In this document: positions 38,391 to 50,649 of the stretch, one piece after another
Numbering within the stretch: position 1 is the first letter of the stretch
Layout of the letters: every line of letters begins with the position of its first letter
DNA from: Callorhinchus milii
Taxonomy: Eukaryota
Length of the DNA stretch: 64,000 bases
Reading direction: 5' to 3'
Assembly (NCBI RefSeq): GCF_018977255.1
Contig: NW_024704742.1
Location: 138,138,001 to 138,202,000, forward strand
Position numbers and translations under genes: made by a program
Notes under the pieces: model-generated
Seen by the model: only the letters and a program-made list of their open reading frames with translations
The model's database searches: none
What the model was told of the DNA's origin: nothing

Positions 38391-39604
38391 CGCAAATATA
38401 ATTTGAGATATTATTTAACACAGTAATGGAGGAGTCCTGTAGCTCAGTGGTTAGAGCACTCGCCTCGCAAGCGAGAGACCTGGATTCGATTCCGGGCAGG
38501 GCGAAACCTTGGGCAAGTTTCCTTACGCCACGCGGCTGAAAAAAACAACCATAAATTGGTCACTTTAATCCACGATTGTTTGTGGGACGCTGCTGTGTGC
38601 AATTGGCTGCCGTGTTTCGCCCACAAATATACAGTCAATTCACAGGATGTACAGTACAGAAGCGCTTTGAGTCTTGAAAAGCGCTGAATCAAACGCAAGG
38701 ATTATTGTTATTATTAAATACAGACTCCTACAGTTTGTCTAGTGAGGATCCGGGGTTATCAAACGTGATAAACATGATTGAGGGTCTCAGTAACCGAAGG
38801 GAGAGGTAGTAACAGATACAAACAGTGTTGCAGCGGTGCGGGAAAGCTGAGTGAGGGGAAAGCCCAGATGTAGACAGTTGGAAAGGGTACAGAGGAGATT
38901 TACGAGGATGGTACCAGGAATGAGGGACCGTGATGATGAGGAAAGGCGAGAGAGGCCGGGATTATTCTCATTGGAGCAGAGAAGGTTACGAGGACCTAAT
39001 AGAGGTCTTCAAAATCATGAGGGGATTTGATAGGTTAGAAATTTTTTCACGCAGCGAGTTGTTTGAATCTGGAACATTGCCTGAAAGGGCGGTTGAGGCC
39101 GATTCGATAACTACTTTTAAAAACGCGGTGGACGGGTATTTGAGGAGGACGGGTTTGCAGGTTATGGGGAAAGGGCCGGGGAGTGGGATTGACATTAATT
39201 GCTCTATTCAAAGAGCCGCACAGACTTGGTGGGCCGAATGGCCTCTTTTTGTGCTGTACGATTCTATGATTCGATGATTCAATTGGCTGCCACATTGTGC
39301 CCACAAAACACACAGTCAATTCACTTTACAGTATATTCTGTGAAGCGCTTTGAGACGTCTCACTGTTGTGATAAGGTGTTATATCAATGCCAAGGATTAT
39401 TGTTATTAAAATGAACCCAATCCTATAAATAGTGTCACCAAGTGGGAGTACATGGATGGTGAAAATAATAATAACAATCCTTTCATTTGGTATAGCACCT
39501 TATTATGATTCTAGACGTCTCAAAACGCTTCACAGAATATACTGTCAAGTGAATTGACTGTATGCTTTGTGGGCGAAACAGAGACGATCAGGATTGAGCT
39601 CTAA

Positions 39605-42215
39605 ACAACAACAACTTGGATTTATATAGCGTCCTCCACCCCGGACGGCATCTCAGAGCTTCACAGCAACGGATCCCGGGGCCGAGCCAGGGGGAGGGGG
39701 AGAAGGTGACCAAATGCGCGGTGGAAAAGAAAGGTCTTCAGCAGAGACCCGAAAATAGGAAGAGAGGGAGCGAGGCGAAGGGAGTGAGGAAGGGAGTTCC
39801 AGAGCCTCGGGGCATAGTGGCTGAAGGCACGACCGCCGAGGGTGGAGCGGAGGACTCGGGGGACGAGGAGGAGGCCAGACCCGGAGGAACGAAGGCAACG
39901 GGTACAGTTTTGAAGAGAGAGGAGGTCAGAGAGGTAGGGGATTGCAGAGGAGTGGAGTGAAGACAAGGGTGAGGATCTTGAAGTCGATCCTCTCTGGGAC
40001 AGGCAGCGAGTGCAATCTGGCCAGGACTGGGGGGATCGGGGAGTGGGGTTTGGTGCGGGTGAGAATGCGGGCGGCAGAGTTTTGAATAATCTGGATTTTA
40101 TGGATGGTAGTGGAGGGGAGGCCGGCGAGGAGGGCATTAGAGTAGTCCAGCCGAGAGGTGACAAAGGCATGGACTAGGGCTTCAGTGGCTTTCAGAGAGA
40201 GGTATTGGCGGAGAGGGGCGATGCGTCAGGGGTGCTAGTGAGGGACCGGATGTGGGGGAGGAAGGATAATTGGGGGACGAACCTGACGCCTGGGTTGCGT
40301 ACAGGTTCGGAGAGTTTTACAGGGAGGTCGGGCAATTGGAGGAGGTGAAAACCGTGAGATTTTAGACGTTGACTAGAGCCAAAGAATATGGCTTCCGTCT
40401 TGTCAACAGTCAGCTGAAGGAAAATTGCGCTAATCCAGCCCCTGAAATCTGACAGGCAGAACATTAGGGGACTGGGGGGGCGCAAAGAGAGGTGGACAAA
40501 TAGAGTTGGGTGTCATCTGCATACATGTGGAAATGTACCCCATCTCTGCGAATGACATCCCCAAGCAGGAGCATGTAGATCAGAAAGAGGAGGGGACCAA
40601 GGATGGATCCTTGGGGTACTCCACAGGTAACTGGGTGACAGCGGGAGGAGAAGCCGTTGGTGCAGATGTACTGCTGGCGGTTTGTGAGGTAGGACTCGAA
40701 CCAGGCGGTGTGGTTCCACCGAGGTGGATGACGGAGGCAAGGTGGTGGAGGAGGATGGCGTGATCGACTGTGTCGGAGAGGTCCAGGAGGACAAGGAGGC
40801 ACAGATATCCCTTAATCCCTTTTGCAATAAGAAATCTATCTAGAAATCGATCTATCTTAGTCTTTGGACATGGTCCTGGATTTCAGGGGGACGAGGGAGT
40901 TGAAGGTGGAGGAGAGGCGATCATGGAGCAGCTGGACGGCTGCTTCAGGATCTCTGCGGGTGGAAGGCCAAAGGGATAGGATGTTTGATGATGTGAGGGC
41001 CTTTGTGAGGGTCTCAGGGGGTAGCCTTTTCCAAGGGCGGTAGAGGATGGTTGAGGGCTTGGTGAGGAGAGAGGGATGTGAGAGGAGAAGGAGATGAGGA
41101 AGTGGTCCAAGATGGCCTTGTCCACTATGCCAAGGTCGGAAATGTCAAGGCCGTGGGTGATAACGAGGTCAAGGGGATGACCATGGTTGTGGGTCGGTGA
41201 ATTTATGTGGAGGGTGAGATTTAGGGAGGAGAGGAGGGCGGTGAAGTCGGCAGAAATAGTGCAAGGGGAGTCTAGGCGTTGATTGAAATCGTCCATTAGG
41301 AGCAGGCGTTCGGAGCAGAGGGACAGGGAAGAGAGGAGAGTCGAGATGTCTGTGTGGAAGGAGCCGGGGGGCTCAGGGGGGGCGGTAGACAAGGAAGATG
41401 ATCAATGGGAGAGAGGGGTGGAAGAGGGTGAGGTGCTCAAAGGAGGGGAAGCAGCCAGAGGAGCAGGGGGTAAGACCAAGGGAGGCTTTGGAAATTAAGG
41501 CCACTCCACCGCCATGTTGGTTTGGACGGGGGGTGTGGTGGAAGGTGTAGCCTGGGGGGGAGACTTCCACTAGGGGGACGGGGTCATTGGGGGAGAGCCA
41601 GGTTTTGGTGAGCCCAAGAATGTCAAAGTGCTCGTCCAGGATGAGGTCATGGATGGTGAGGGCTTTGTTTGAGAGGCAACGGACATTTTGGAGGGAAATG
41701 CGGTTGGGTTTGCTGGAGGGGAGGGAGGAGAGAGTGATGCGGAGAGGATTTTGGGGTGTACAGGAGAGATGGTTGTCGAGAGTGGTGTGAGTGGAGAGTT
41801 GGGGAGGGTACGTATGAGGGAGGGGGAGTTGGGTTTGCCTTAAGGAGGCGGTTTGAGCAAAGAGAGTGAATGACGGGGCACGTGGGGTTGCTGCTCTGGG
41901 ACAGCCAGTGCCGGGAGCCTCGAAGAGCCCGGCGGAGGATGCCCAGGCTGGAGCAGACGGAAGTGGTGATGGGGTCGAGGAGATAGAGAAGGAGGGGGGG
42001 GAGGGGGGGCTGGTGGGAGAGAAGGACAGAGTGGGAGTAGCGGATAGAGGGGGGTGGGAGGAGAGACATTTAGAGTGGAGGGGGAGAGGGAGGCTCGGGT
42101 CGGGGCGGCAGCCAAAACCCGAAAGAGGAGACCGGGAGCGAGCGATCAGTGGGACGGCATCAGCCGCAGGCTGTGCGGGCGTGGCTGGGGGCAGTGCCAG
42201 GGGCTGCCAGGACAT
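39605..42215 (-). mobile_element. Long L2-clade LINE (endonuclease, RT and 3' end); decayed, with an internal deletion near 40830-40900
   Basis: [86 protein letters not shown] tail. Confidence 0.93.
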
Positions 42216-42303
42216 TGTTGTTGTTGTTGTTGTTGTTGTTGCTGATTTGTTTTAACTGTGACGTCAGGCCAACGTCACTTTGTGAATCGCGCCCCCTCCC
42301 CTC

Positions 42304-42402
42304 ACTTACCCCCCAACCCCCACGCCCCGTCCTCCCCGCCCGCGCTCTCCTGACCTGACTCCACTCCCGATTGAGTGGCTCCTCACCTGGCTGGGCTTTA
42401 TA
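42304..42402 (-). promoter_or_regulatory. Candidate TATA-Inr core promoter with a short non-coding first exon
   Basis: TATAAA at 42397-42402; the A of TCAAT lies 30 nt downstream at 42372; G|GTAAGT donor at 42304-42309; CpG-rich context. Confidence 0.45.
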
Positions 42403-43599
42403 CCCGTCGCTAGGCCTTGGCTCCACCCCGCGCTCTCGTCACTCCGCTCCCAACTAAAGAATAGCGTATGTGACTGGGAGGGGGCAGGAGAGAAACCCAT
42501 TGGAAGAGAAATTTAATACAGTATTATTTTCAGGTTTGTTATTTATTTCCAGATCACCGTTCTATTTTGGATTGTGTGAATTTCAGGTCACGTCTTTCTT
42601 GTGATTCGAGTGCTAACGACAGCCCTACTACTATTATTCCAAATATTCATGGAATCTTTCTCCCGATTATCCCTCATTATATTTCCCTCCTCATTCAGAT
42701 TTACCCCCAAATTCAAATTAATTGGCTTCTCATCTCATTGTTGTTTATAATAACAATCCTTCCAGATTGATATAACAGCTTATCACATCATCAAAATGCC
42801 TCAAAGTGCTTCACAGGATATGTTGCAAGAGTGTAGTGACTGTGTATCTTGTGGGCCAATGAGGCAAATTGCTCAGAACAATGTCCCACAAACACTCATC
42901 AACTGATTTTTTTTTTCTAGAGGATTGTTGGTCAGAATACCAGGAAAAACTGCTTTCTCTTTTGGAATAGTGTCATGGGATTTCTAACACTCACTTGAAC
43001 AGCAAACACAAGTTAGCTGAGTGGAGAGGGCAAGCGGAGGAGGAGGGGAGGAGGAGATTGGAGAGGTAAGGAGGTGCCAGGAAGTGGATGGATTTATAGG
43101 CGAGGGTGAGGACCTTGAAATCAATCTGCTGGGAGACAGAGAGACAGTGGAGACTGGTGAGAATTGGGGTGATGGGCATACAGAGATTGGTGCAGATAAG
43201 GAATGAGGCGTAGAGTTTGCTTTAGAGTTGTAGTTTGTGAATTGTGGAGTTAGGGACACCAGCAAAGAATGTTTTAGCATTTGGATGTGAGCTAGAGGTG
43301 AAGCAGGTGATGTGGCAGAGGTGAACGACAGTGGTCTTGATGAGGGACCAGGTGCGAGGGAAAAGGGAAAGCTAGACATGGAACCGGTTTGGAGAGTTTG
43401 AGAGAGAGAGAGGTCGGAAGTGAGGGAGCCGAGGAAGATGGCCTCTGTCTTGTCCGTGTGGACTTGGTCAAGGGCGGGTGGAACAAAACACTGCGATTGC
43501 GCATTGGCTCCGTGAGCTGATGGGTAAGTAACCAGAGAGTTTGATGATACTGCCACAGCCAAATGAAAGCACACCAGTCCTTTTATCTTGCTGAGAGTG

Positions 43600-43850
43600 A
43601 AGCAATGTGCATCACATATCCTGTAGGAAAGCATTTCTGTAAATATTGACATATTGGCTGGAACAGTCAGATACTCATTAGCCTGTGGTAGGGCCATGGT
43701 CACTCTGACTACATCAAGCCAGAGAATCTGTGTTGTTACTGCAGATGTTGAGAGCTTGCTTACTGCCAAAGCCCCTCGCCGCATTCTCTGTCAGGTTACC
43801 AGCTCAATGAGATGCTGTATATTGCGTGTGAATGATCACCCAACAGGTCA
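43600..43850 (+). mobile_element. Possible hAT transposase C-terminal relic
   Basis: LTYWLEQ..P, VVTADVE, LLTAK..RR, SLS...LNEMLYIA across frames. Confidence 0.4.
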
Positions 43851-44235
43851 ACATTGCATCCTATAGCGCATAATCTTACAGATCTTAACAATGTCCTCAG
43901 AGCAGACTGGACAGTTGTTGGATAGTTGACCATGATAAGCTGTTTTATCTGGTCCTGATCAGTAGAACCAGAGGACATGGCCTGAGATTGAAATGGGGGA
44001 AATTCAGAACACATCTGCGAAACACTACTTCATTGAGCGATAGTAAACAGACTCGGGTCTTCTGCATATCCCTCGATCCCACCAGTCTACCATCGGCTGC
44101 CAGGCTTTTAGCCACTGGGCCCAACCCACACACTGCGGCCTCCAGACACTCGGCTTCCAGACACTGCAGTCTCCAAAACTCCATAACCCGCATACTTACC
44201 CGCTCCAAACTCCGTACCCCCATCATAGCCCATGT

Positions 44236-44560
44236 GGAGTCCTGTAGCTCAGTGGTTAGAGCACTCGCTTTGCAAGCGAGAGACCTGAGTTCAATTCCAG
44301 GCAGAGGGCGAAACCTTGGGCAAGTTTCCTTACTCCACACAGAGCCTAATAATAATCCCTCCAAAACCCAAAACAATAATAAATTGGTCATTTTCAATCT
44401 ACGACTGTTTGTGGGACATTGCTGTGCGCAATTGGCTGCCGCGTTCGCCCACAAATATACAGTCAATTCACTTTACAGTGTGTTCTGTGAAGCGCTTTGG
44501 GACGTCCTCCCGACGTGAAAAGCGCTATATCAAATGCAAGGATTATTATTATTATTATTA
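44236..44560 (+). mobile_element. Young-subfamily tRNA-Ala SINE, full length
   Basis: A box TAGCTCAGTGG, anticodon arm CTCGC-TTTGCAA-GCGAG (TGC), B box GTTCAATTCC, Deu-type 3' part, L2-type stem-loop, (ATT)n. Confidence 0.92.
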
Positions 44561-45197
44561 TAGCAGGTCTAGCCAGGCTCCTCTGGCTCCACTGGCTCCC
44601 TGTCACTGAACGGATCAATATCAAGATCCTCACACTCAAATCTCTCTATGTCCTGGCACCTCATTACCTCTTCGACCTGCTCACTCCCCAACCCACTACT
44701 CACTGCCTCCGCTCGAGCGGCTCCGGCCCCCTGCATGTCCCTCGTGCCCTCCGTTCCACCATTGGTGGCCGTGCTTTCAGCCGCTACACCCCGAAACTCT
44801 GAATCACTCTTCCTCTATCCCTCTGCCTTGCCCCTTCCTTCCCCATCTTCCTCTTCGACGTGCCTAGTCACCCTTACCTCCCCCCGGCTCTGCTCTGCAA
44901 GTTCTTGGTGGTGGGGGGGGAGATGTACAACAGGGCGTGATCAGCACATGCTGGGGCCTAGGGGCTCTGAGCTCACACACCAGGCTGATGCTCCAGTGCA
45001 GCGCTGGGGGTGAGGGGGTAGAGAGAGAGAGAGAGAGAGAGATGCATTGTCAGAGACGCCATCTTCAAGTGAGACGTTAAACCTCACTCCCTGTCAATAC
45101 CCTGTTTACGTGGCTGTTGGAGATGCTGTGTCACTGTCAGTAAAGAGAAGGAAGTCTCTCTCTCTCTCTGTGTCCTGGCGGACAATAATCCTTGCAT

Positions 45198-45508
45198 TAA
45201 TAATCCTTGCATTTGATATAGCGCTTTTCACGTCGGGAGGACGTTCCAAAGCGCTTCACAGAACACACTGTAAAGTGAAGTGACTGTATATTTGTGGGCG
45301 AACGCGGCAGCCAATTGCGCACAGCAATGTCCCACAAACAGTCGTAGATTGAAAATGACCAATTTATTATTGTTTTGGTTTTGGAGGGATTATTATTAGG
45401 CTCTGTGTGGAGTAAGGAAACTTGCCCAAGGTTTCGCCCTCTGCCTGGAATTGAACTCAGGTCTTCACTTGCAAAGCGAGTGCTCTAACCACTGAGCTAC
45501 AGGACTCC
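45198..45508 (-). mobile_element. Young-subfamily tRNA-Ala SINE, full length, inverted relative to the 44236 copy
   Basis: Near-identical reverse complement of 44236-44560. Confidence 0.92.
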
Positions 45509-45539
45509 ACAAATCTCCCAGATACAATCACTCGCTGAC

Positions 45540-45960
45540 TGTTGTTCTTGTCTCTGGTTCTTTTGCCAATTATCTTAAATCTACGTCCCCTGGCTACTGA
45601 CCCAACCCGCCAGAGGAAACAGTTTCTCCCTATTTACTCTATCAAAACCCCTCATAATTTTGAACATCTCTATTAAATCCCTCAACCTTCTCTGCTCTAA
45701 GGAGAAGAATCTCAGCTTCTCTTGTCTCTCCATATAACTGAAGACCCTCATCCCTGGTACCATTCTGGTAAATCTCCTCTGCACCCTCTCCAAGTCCGTT
45801 GATATCCTTCCTGTGGTGCTTAGAATTGGACACAATATTCCAGACGATGCCTAACCAGTGATTCATAAACGTTCAGCATAACTTCCTTGCTTTTGTATTC
45901 TATGCCTCTATTTATAGAGCCAGGGTTCCCATGTGCTTTAACCTCCTAACCAACTCTTCC
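45540..45960 (-). mobile_element. CR1 ORF2 3' fragment
   Basis: LERVQRRFTRMVPGMR..SY.ER..KL..FSLEQRRLRDLIE.FKI. Confidence 0.85.
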
Positions 45961-46660
45961 TTCTCCCCAGCTCAATGTCAAACTATGCCATCGTTAAGTG
46001 CTTTGACACACTACCCCACATGAAGGGCCCTATATAAATGCAAAGGTGTTGCTGTTGTTTATAAGAAGTTGCTGTGCCATAATTGCCTACAAATTGTTGA
46101 TTGGTAATCTAATTGAGGTTTTTAAAATAATAAAGGGATTCAATCGGGCAGCTACAGAGAAACTATTTCCAGAACAAGGGGCATCATCTTAAAATTAGAG
46201 CCGGGCCATTTAGCAGTGAAATCAGAGGCCGGTTTTCACCCAAAGGCCAATGGGAATTTGGAACTCTCTCTCTCTCTCTCTCTCCCCAAAAAGGCTGTGG
46301 ATTATGGCTGGATCCTTTCACATTGTCCAGCCTGAGGTGGAGAGATATTTGTTAGGTCGGGGATCCAGGGAAATGGGGCAAAGGCGGGTAATTGGAGTTG
46401 AGGTACAGATCAGCCATGGTCTTATACAATGGTTAAATAAAAACAACTCGTTGAGCCTTCAGATTCAAATGCGGCCTTCAGGGTCCACTTTCGGCTTCTT
46501 TGATAATCTCATTTCGAATTAACGTCCTCTTCAGTGAAGAGTATTGCCGCGTTTTTTCCATTGCCAGACACAACGACCGGGCCGGAATCAATACAATCGG
46601 GCCGTATTTTTCCCACCCCTGGTCGAGAGGCTGAGTGTCTGGAGGCTGAGTGGGACACTG

Positions 46661-47253
46661 GGTTCTGGGGGGAGGAGAAGTGCTCGGAAACCAGGAGCAA
46701 CTCCTTCTCTTTCCCTGACAGCATCACAGGATCTTTAACGTCCACCTGAACTGGGCACAGACGGGAGAGAGGTTTAACGTCTCAGCTGAAGAATGGTGTC
46801 TCTGACAATGTGGTGCTCTCTCCCCCCAGTGCTTCGCTGGAGTGTTGTCAGCCTGGACTGTGGGATCAGAGTCCCTCATGTGGGGCTCGAATCCACAGCC
46901 TCCTGTCTATATCAGAGGCAGGAGACTGAGAGACTGAGCCAGGCTGACCCCTGCTGTTTAATTTGTGAGCGTGAGGCGGGATAAGGGGGGACGAGACGGA
47001 TAAACATCCCCTAAAGCTATGGCGGTGGGATTATTGTCCCAGGCTGTTATTGCCTTGATGATTCTCTCTCTGTCAGGTCAGCCGGGAGTCTGACACATGT
47101 GGAAGCTCATCACCATGCTCCAAACCAAGCTGAGAATTTCAGATCTCCCACTTACGATGAATAACCAACAACAATAATAATGTGGTCACTCAATCCACGA
47201 CTGTTTATGGGAACGCTGCTGTGCGCAATTGGCTGCCGCGATTCACCCACAAA
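46661..47253 (+). repeat. ~600-bp local duplication, copy 2
   Basis: Matches 31337-31938. Confidence 0.9.
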
Positions 47254-47979
47254 GTGATAAGTCGCTGTGTCAAATGCAAGTGTTATTGTTACTATTACTA
47301 TTCCTGTGGCTCAGGAACTGGACTAGACGCTGTCGCAGAGGCTTGGCTGGAGTGTGACTTTCCGTTGCCAAACATATCACCTTGGGGCCAGTTCAGGCTA
47401 GAGTAGATCCCGCTTACCAGCAAACCACTCCACCGCCCCACCCCTGCCTGTCTGACCCTAATGCGCCTCTGTGGAGTCTAATGTCTATGATTGTGCATTG
47501 TTAATTGGCGAAAGGTCACAAGCATATGTCTCAGAAACTAATTAAGAGTCTGTTTCGCCACTTGAAGGGAAGGACTGAGCACTTTACTGTAAGTATAGCA
47601 CATTCTGAGATATTCCCCCCCTCCTCCCCCACCCCCTCACTGAAGCAATCTGTGAATCCCCAAAGTCCAGAGACATTGTACAACATGACAAAGACCCTCG
47701 AACACACACACACTCCCATCCGGTCTGTGCTGGTGCTCACTCCCCCACTGGAGTTCTCCGCTCTAACCCCATGCCCTGCTCTCTCCCCATCGTGTTATTG
47801 TTATTACGATTACTGTGGACAGGAACTGGACTAGAGACTGTCACAGACGGCTGGCGAGCCACTTACCAGCAACACTCCCCCCACCCCATGTCTGTACGTG
47901 TCTGTCTTTCTCTCTCCTGCTTTTCCCCCCACTCTACTGCCCGCAGCCTCTGGTCTCCTGATTGTCTCCTGTCTGCCTC

Positions 47980-49815
47980 CTCACCCTAGGCGTCTTGTTT
48001 GACCCTCAATTATCTTTTCTACCCCACATCTGCGCCATGACTCGCTCTGCCTTCCCCCCACCTCTGGAACATGGCCCGGCTCCTCCACTGTCTCACACCG
48101 CAGCCTCCGAGACCCTCACACACACCTTCATTACATCAAGGCTCGACTATGCAAAATCCCTGCCTGTCGGCCCCCAACTCCTTCCTCCACAGGCTGCAGA
48201 TCATCCAGAACTAACTCTGCAGCCCGTGTCCTCTCCCCCACCAGCTCCGTGACCCCATCACCACCATTCTCACCCCCACCAGGCTCCGTGACCCTATCAC
48301 CCCCATCCTCACCCGACTCCATTGGGTTCCCATCACACAGAGGATACAGTTCAAAGCCTCGCTCCCTCTTACCTCGGCCTTGCTCCCTCCTACCTCTCTG
48401 ACCTACTATCCCCCTACCTACCTGCCCGTACCCTCCGTTCCTCTGGCTCCGTTCTGCTCCACATCCCCGCCCCAACCGCCCTACCATCGGTGGCCTTCAG
48501 CCTCTCAGCCCGAGGCTCTGGAACTCTATCCCCCAGTGCCTTCGCCGCTTCCTCCCTTTCCTCCTTCAAGGCCGGTCTTAAGACCTTTCTCTTTGACCTT
48601 CAGCCTTCAGCTCCCCTCTCAACTCTCTACCCCACCTCGCCCCCTCTCTTCCCTCCCCTCACCCTGACCATTTCCCCCCTCCCCGCTCACTCCCTTCCCT
48701 CCCCTCACCCTGACCATTTCCCCCCCAATGCTCGGGTCCTGATCTAACTGTACAGTGCCTTGGGACGTCCTCCTGACGTGAAAGGCGCTCAATAAATGGA
48801 ATCTTGTTTGTTGTTGTTGCGACCTTCTAACCCCCTACCATCCTGCTCGCTCCCTCCGCTCAGTGGGCTCCAGCCTGCTTCACATCTCCCGCCTCGCTCT
48901 GGCCTTCTGCCACTCTGCCCCCACCCTAAGGAACTCCATCCCGCATTCCCTCCATCTCGCCCCCTCCCTCACCTCCTTCAAGACCCAACTCCAGACCCTC
49001 CTCTTCGACCGTGCTTTCGCTCTCCCTGCTTACCCCCCTGCCCTCCATCTTCCCCCACCCCAAGCCCCAGCTCAGGTCCATAAATCTGTCTGTCCAGCAC
49101 CTTGGGACATCCTCCCAACGTGAAAGATGCTATACACATGTAATTTTGTTGATGTTGTTGTTGTTGCTGGTGCTCACTCCCCCACTGGGACTCTACTATA
49201 ACCCCATTCCCTGCTCCCCATTGTGTCTGTGCTAAGAGTGTCTAGGCTCGACTACGCCAACTCCCTGCTTGTTGGCCTTCCCAACTCTTCCCTCCACAAG
49301 CTACAGATCATCCAGAACTCTGCAGCTCATGTCCTTTCCATGTCCCTACCACCCCCACCCTCACCTGACTCCACTTCTCCCCAATCCCCTAGAGGATAAA
49401 GTTCAAAATCCTTGTCGTTGCCTTGAAGGGCTTCCAAAGCCTTGCTCCTCCCTCTAACCTACCTACCTACCTACCTCCTCCTGACCTGCTAACCCCATAT
49501 CATCCTGTCCGCTCCCTCTGCTCAGCAGGCTCCAGCTTGCTCCACTCCTGGCCCACCCCAACATCAGCAGTCGGACCTTCAGCCTCTCCTCCCCCACCCT
49601 TTGGAACTCCATCCCACAGTCCCTTCGCCTCGCTCCCTTCCTGTCCTCTTTCAAGGCATGTCTCGAGACCCCCCTCTTTGACCAGGTCTTTGGTCACCCT
49701 CCTACCCCCACCCTCCCTGCCCTCCACCCCTCCTGATCCCAACCCCCAGCTTAGGTCCAAATCCCTCTCTGTCCAGCACACTGGGACGTCCTCCCAATGT
49801 GAGAGGCGCTGAGTG
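47980..49815 (+). mobile_element. Three consecutive L2 3' fragments
   Basis: SRLDYA and AFS..LWNS motifs; three GGGAC(G/A)TCCTCC..(C/T)GTGA tails. Confidence 0.85.
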
Positions 49816-50649
49816 AATGTAACGTGTCGTCAGGATATGGAACGAGCCGCTGGCAGCGAGGGTTTAGACCAAGCCCAGTGGGAGAGCGAGACACCGGCAC
49901 AGACAAAGAGACCAGGGAGTGGGGTTAGAGTAGAGAGCTCCAGTGGATGGATGGGAAGGGGATTTTGAGAACCTTTTTGTTTGGGTTGGGCAGCGTGCTA
50001 GCAGTAATTGTGTTGGTGGTCAGTGCTTCAAGCTCGTTTGGAAATTCCCTGCTTTGTGTGCATGGGAACTGCACAGCCTGGCTGACTTATGGAACCGTGC
50101 ACATATACAAGCTATGTCATGACAATTTAGCTCCTTACTGTAAATAATAAAGCAATCAGCAAAACTCCCACACACTTGGCTCGGCTTCAGACCGTGCTAC
50201 CGATACTGCTCTTAACCAATTAATGACTTTTGCACCTTTGTCAAAATTATTAACCGCATCAACAATATCACAACCTGTCTCAGCCCGACCCAGGTCAGTC
50301 GCTTTCACTCTCTTCTCCGAGTCAGGAGGTCGGGGGGTTCGACCCCCCCCCCCCCCCACCCACTCACGTCAAGGACTCTGAGCTCACGGTCCAGGCTGAC
50401 GTTCCAGTGCAGCGCTGGGGGGAGAGGGGGAGAGAGTGCCACATTGTCAGAGATGCCCTTGGGATGAGATGTTTAAACCTCACTCCCCGTCTATGCCCTG
50501 TTCAGGTAGATGTTAAAGATCTCTCGCGGGGCTGGCTGACGGGAAAGAGAAGGGAGTTTCTCTCACTCTCCTGGTGGCCCGGCTGAAAACCCCCCCCAGA
50601 TACAATCGGTCTTTCACTTCTGTTTGTGCGCTATTGCTCTGTGCAATCG

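Noticed and set aside
44236..44310. tRNA-Ala genes
   Set aside because: These are SINE heads: the acceptor stem is not closed and each continues into a SINE body.
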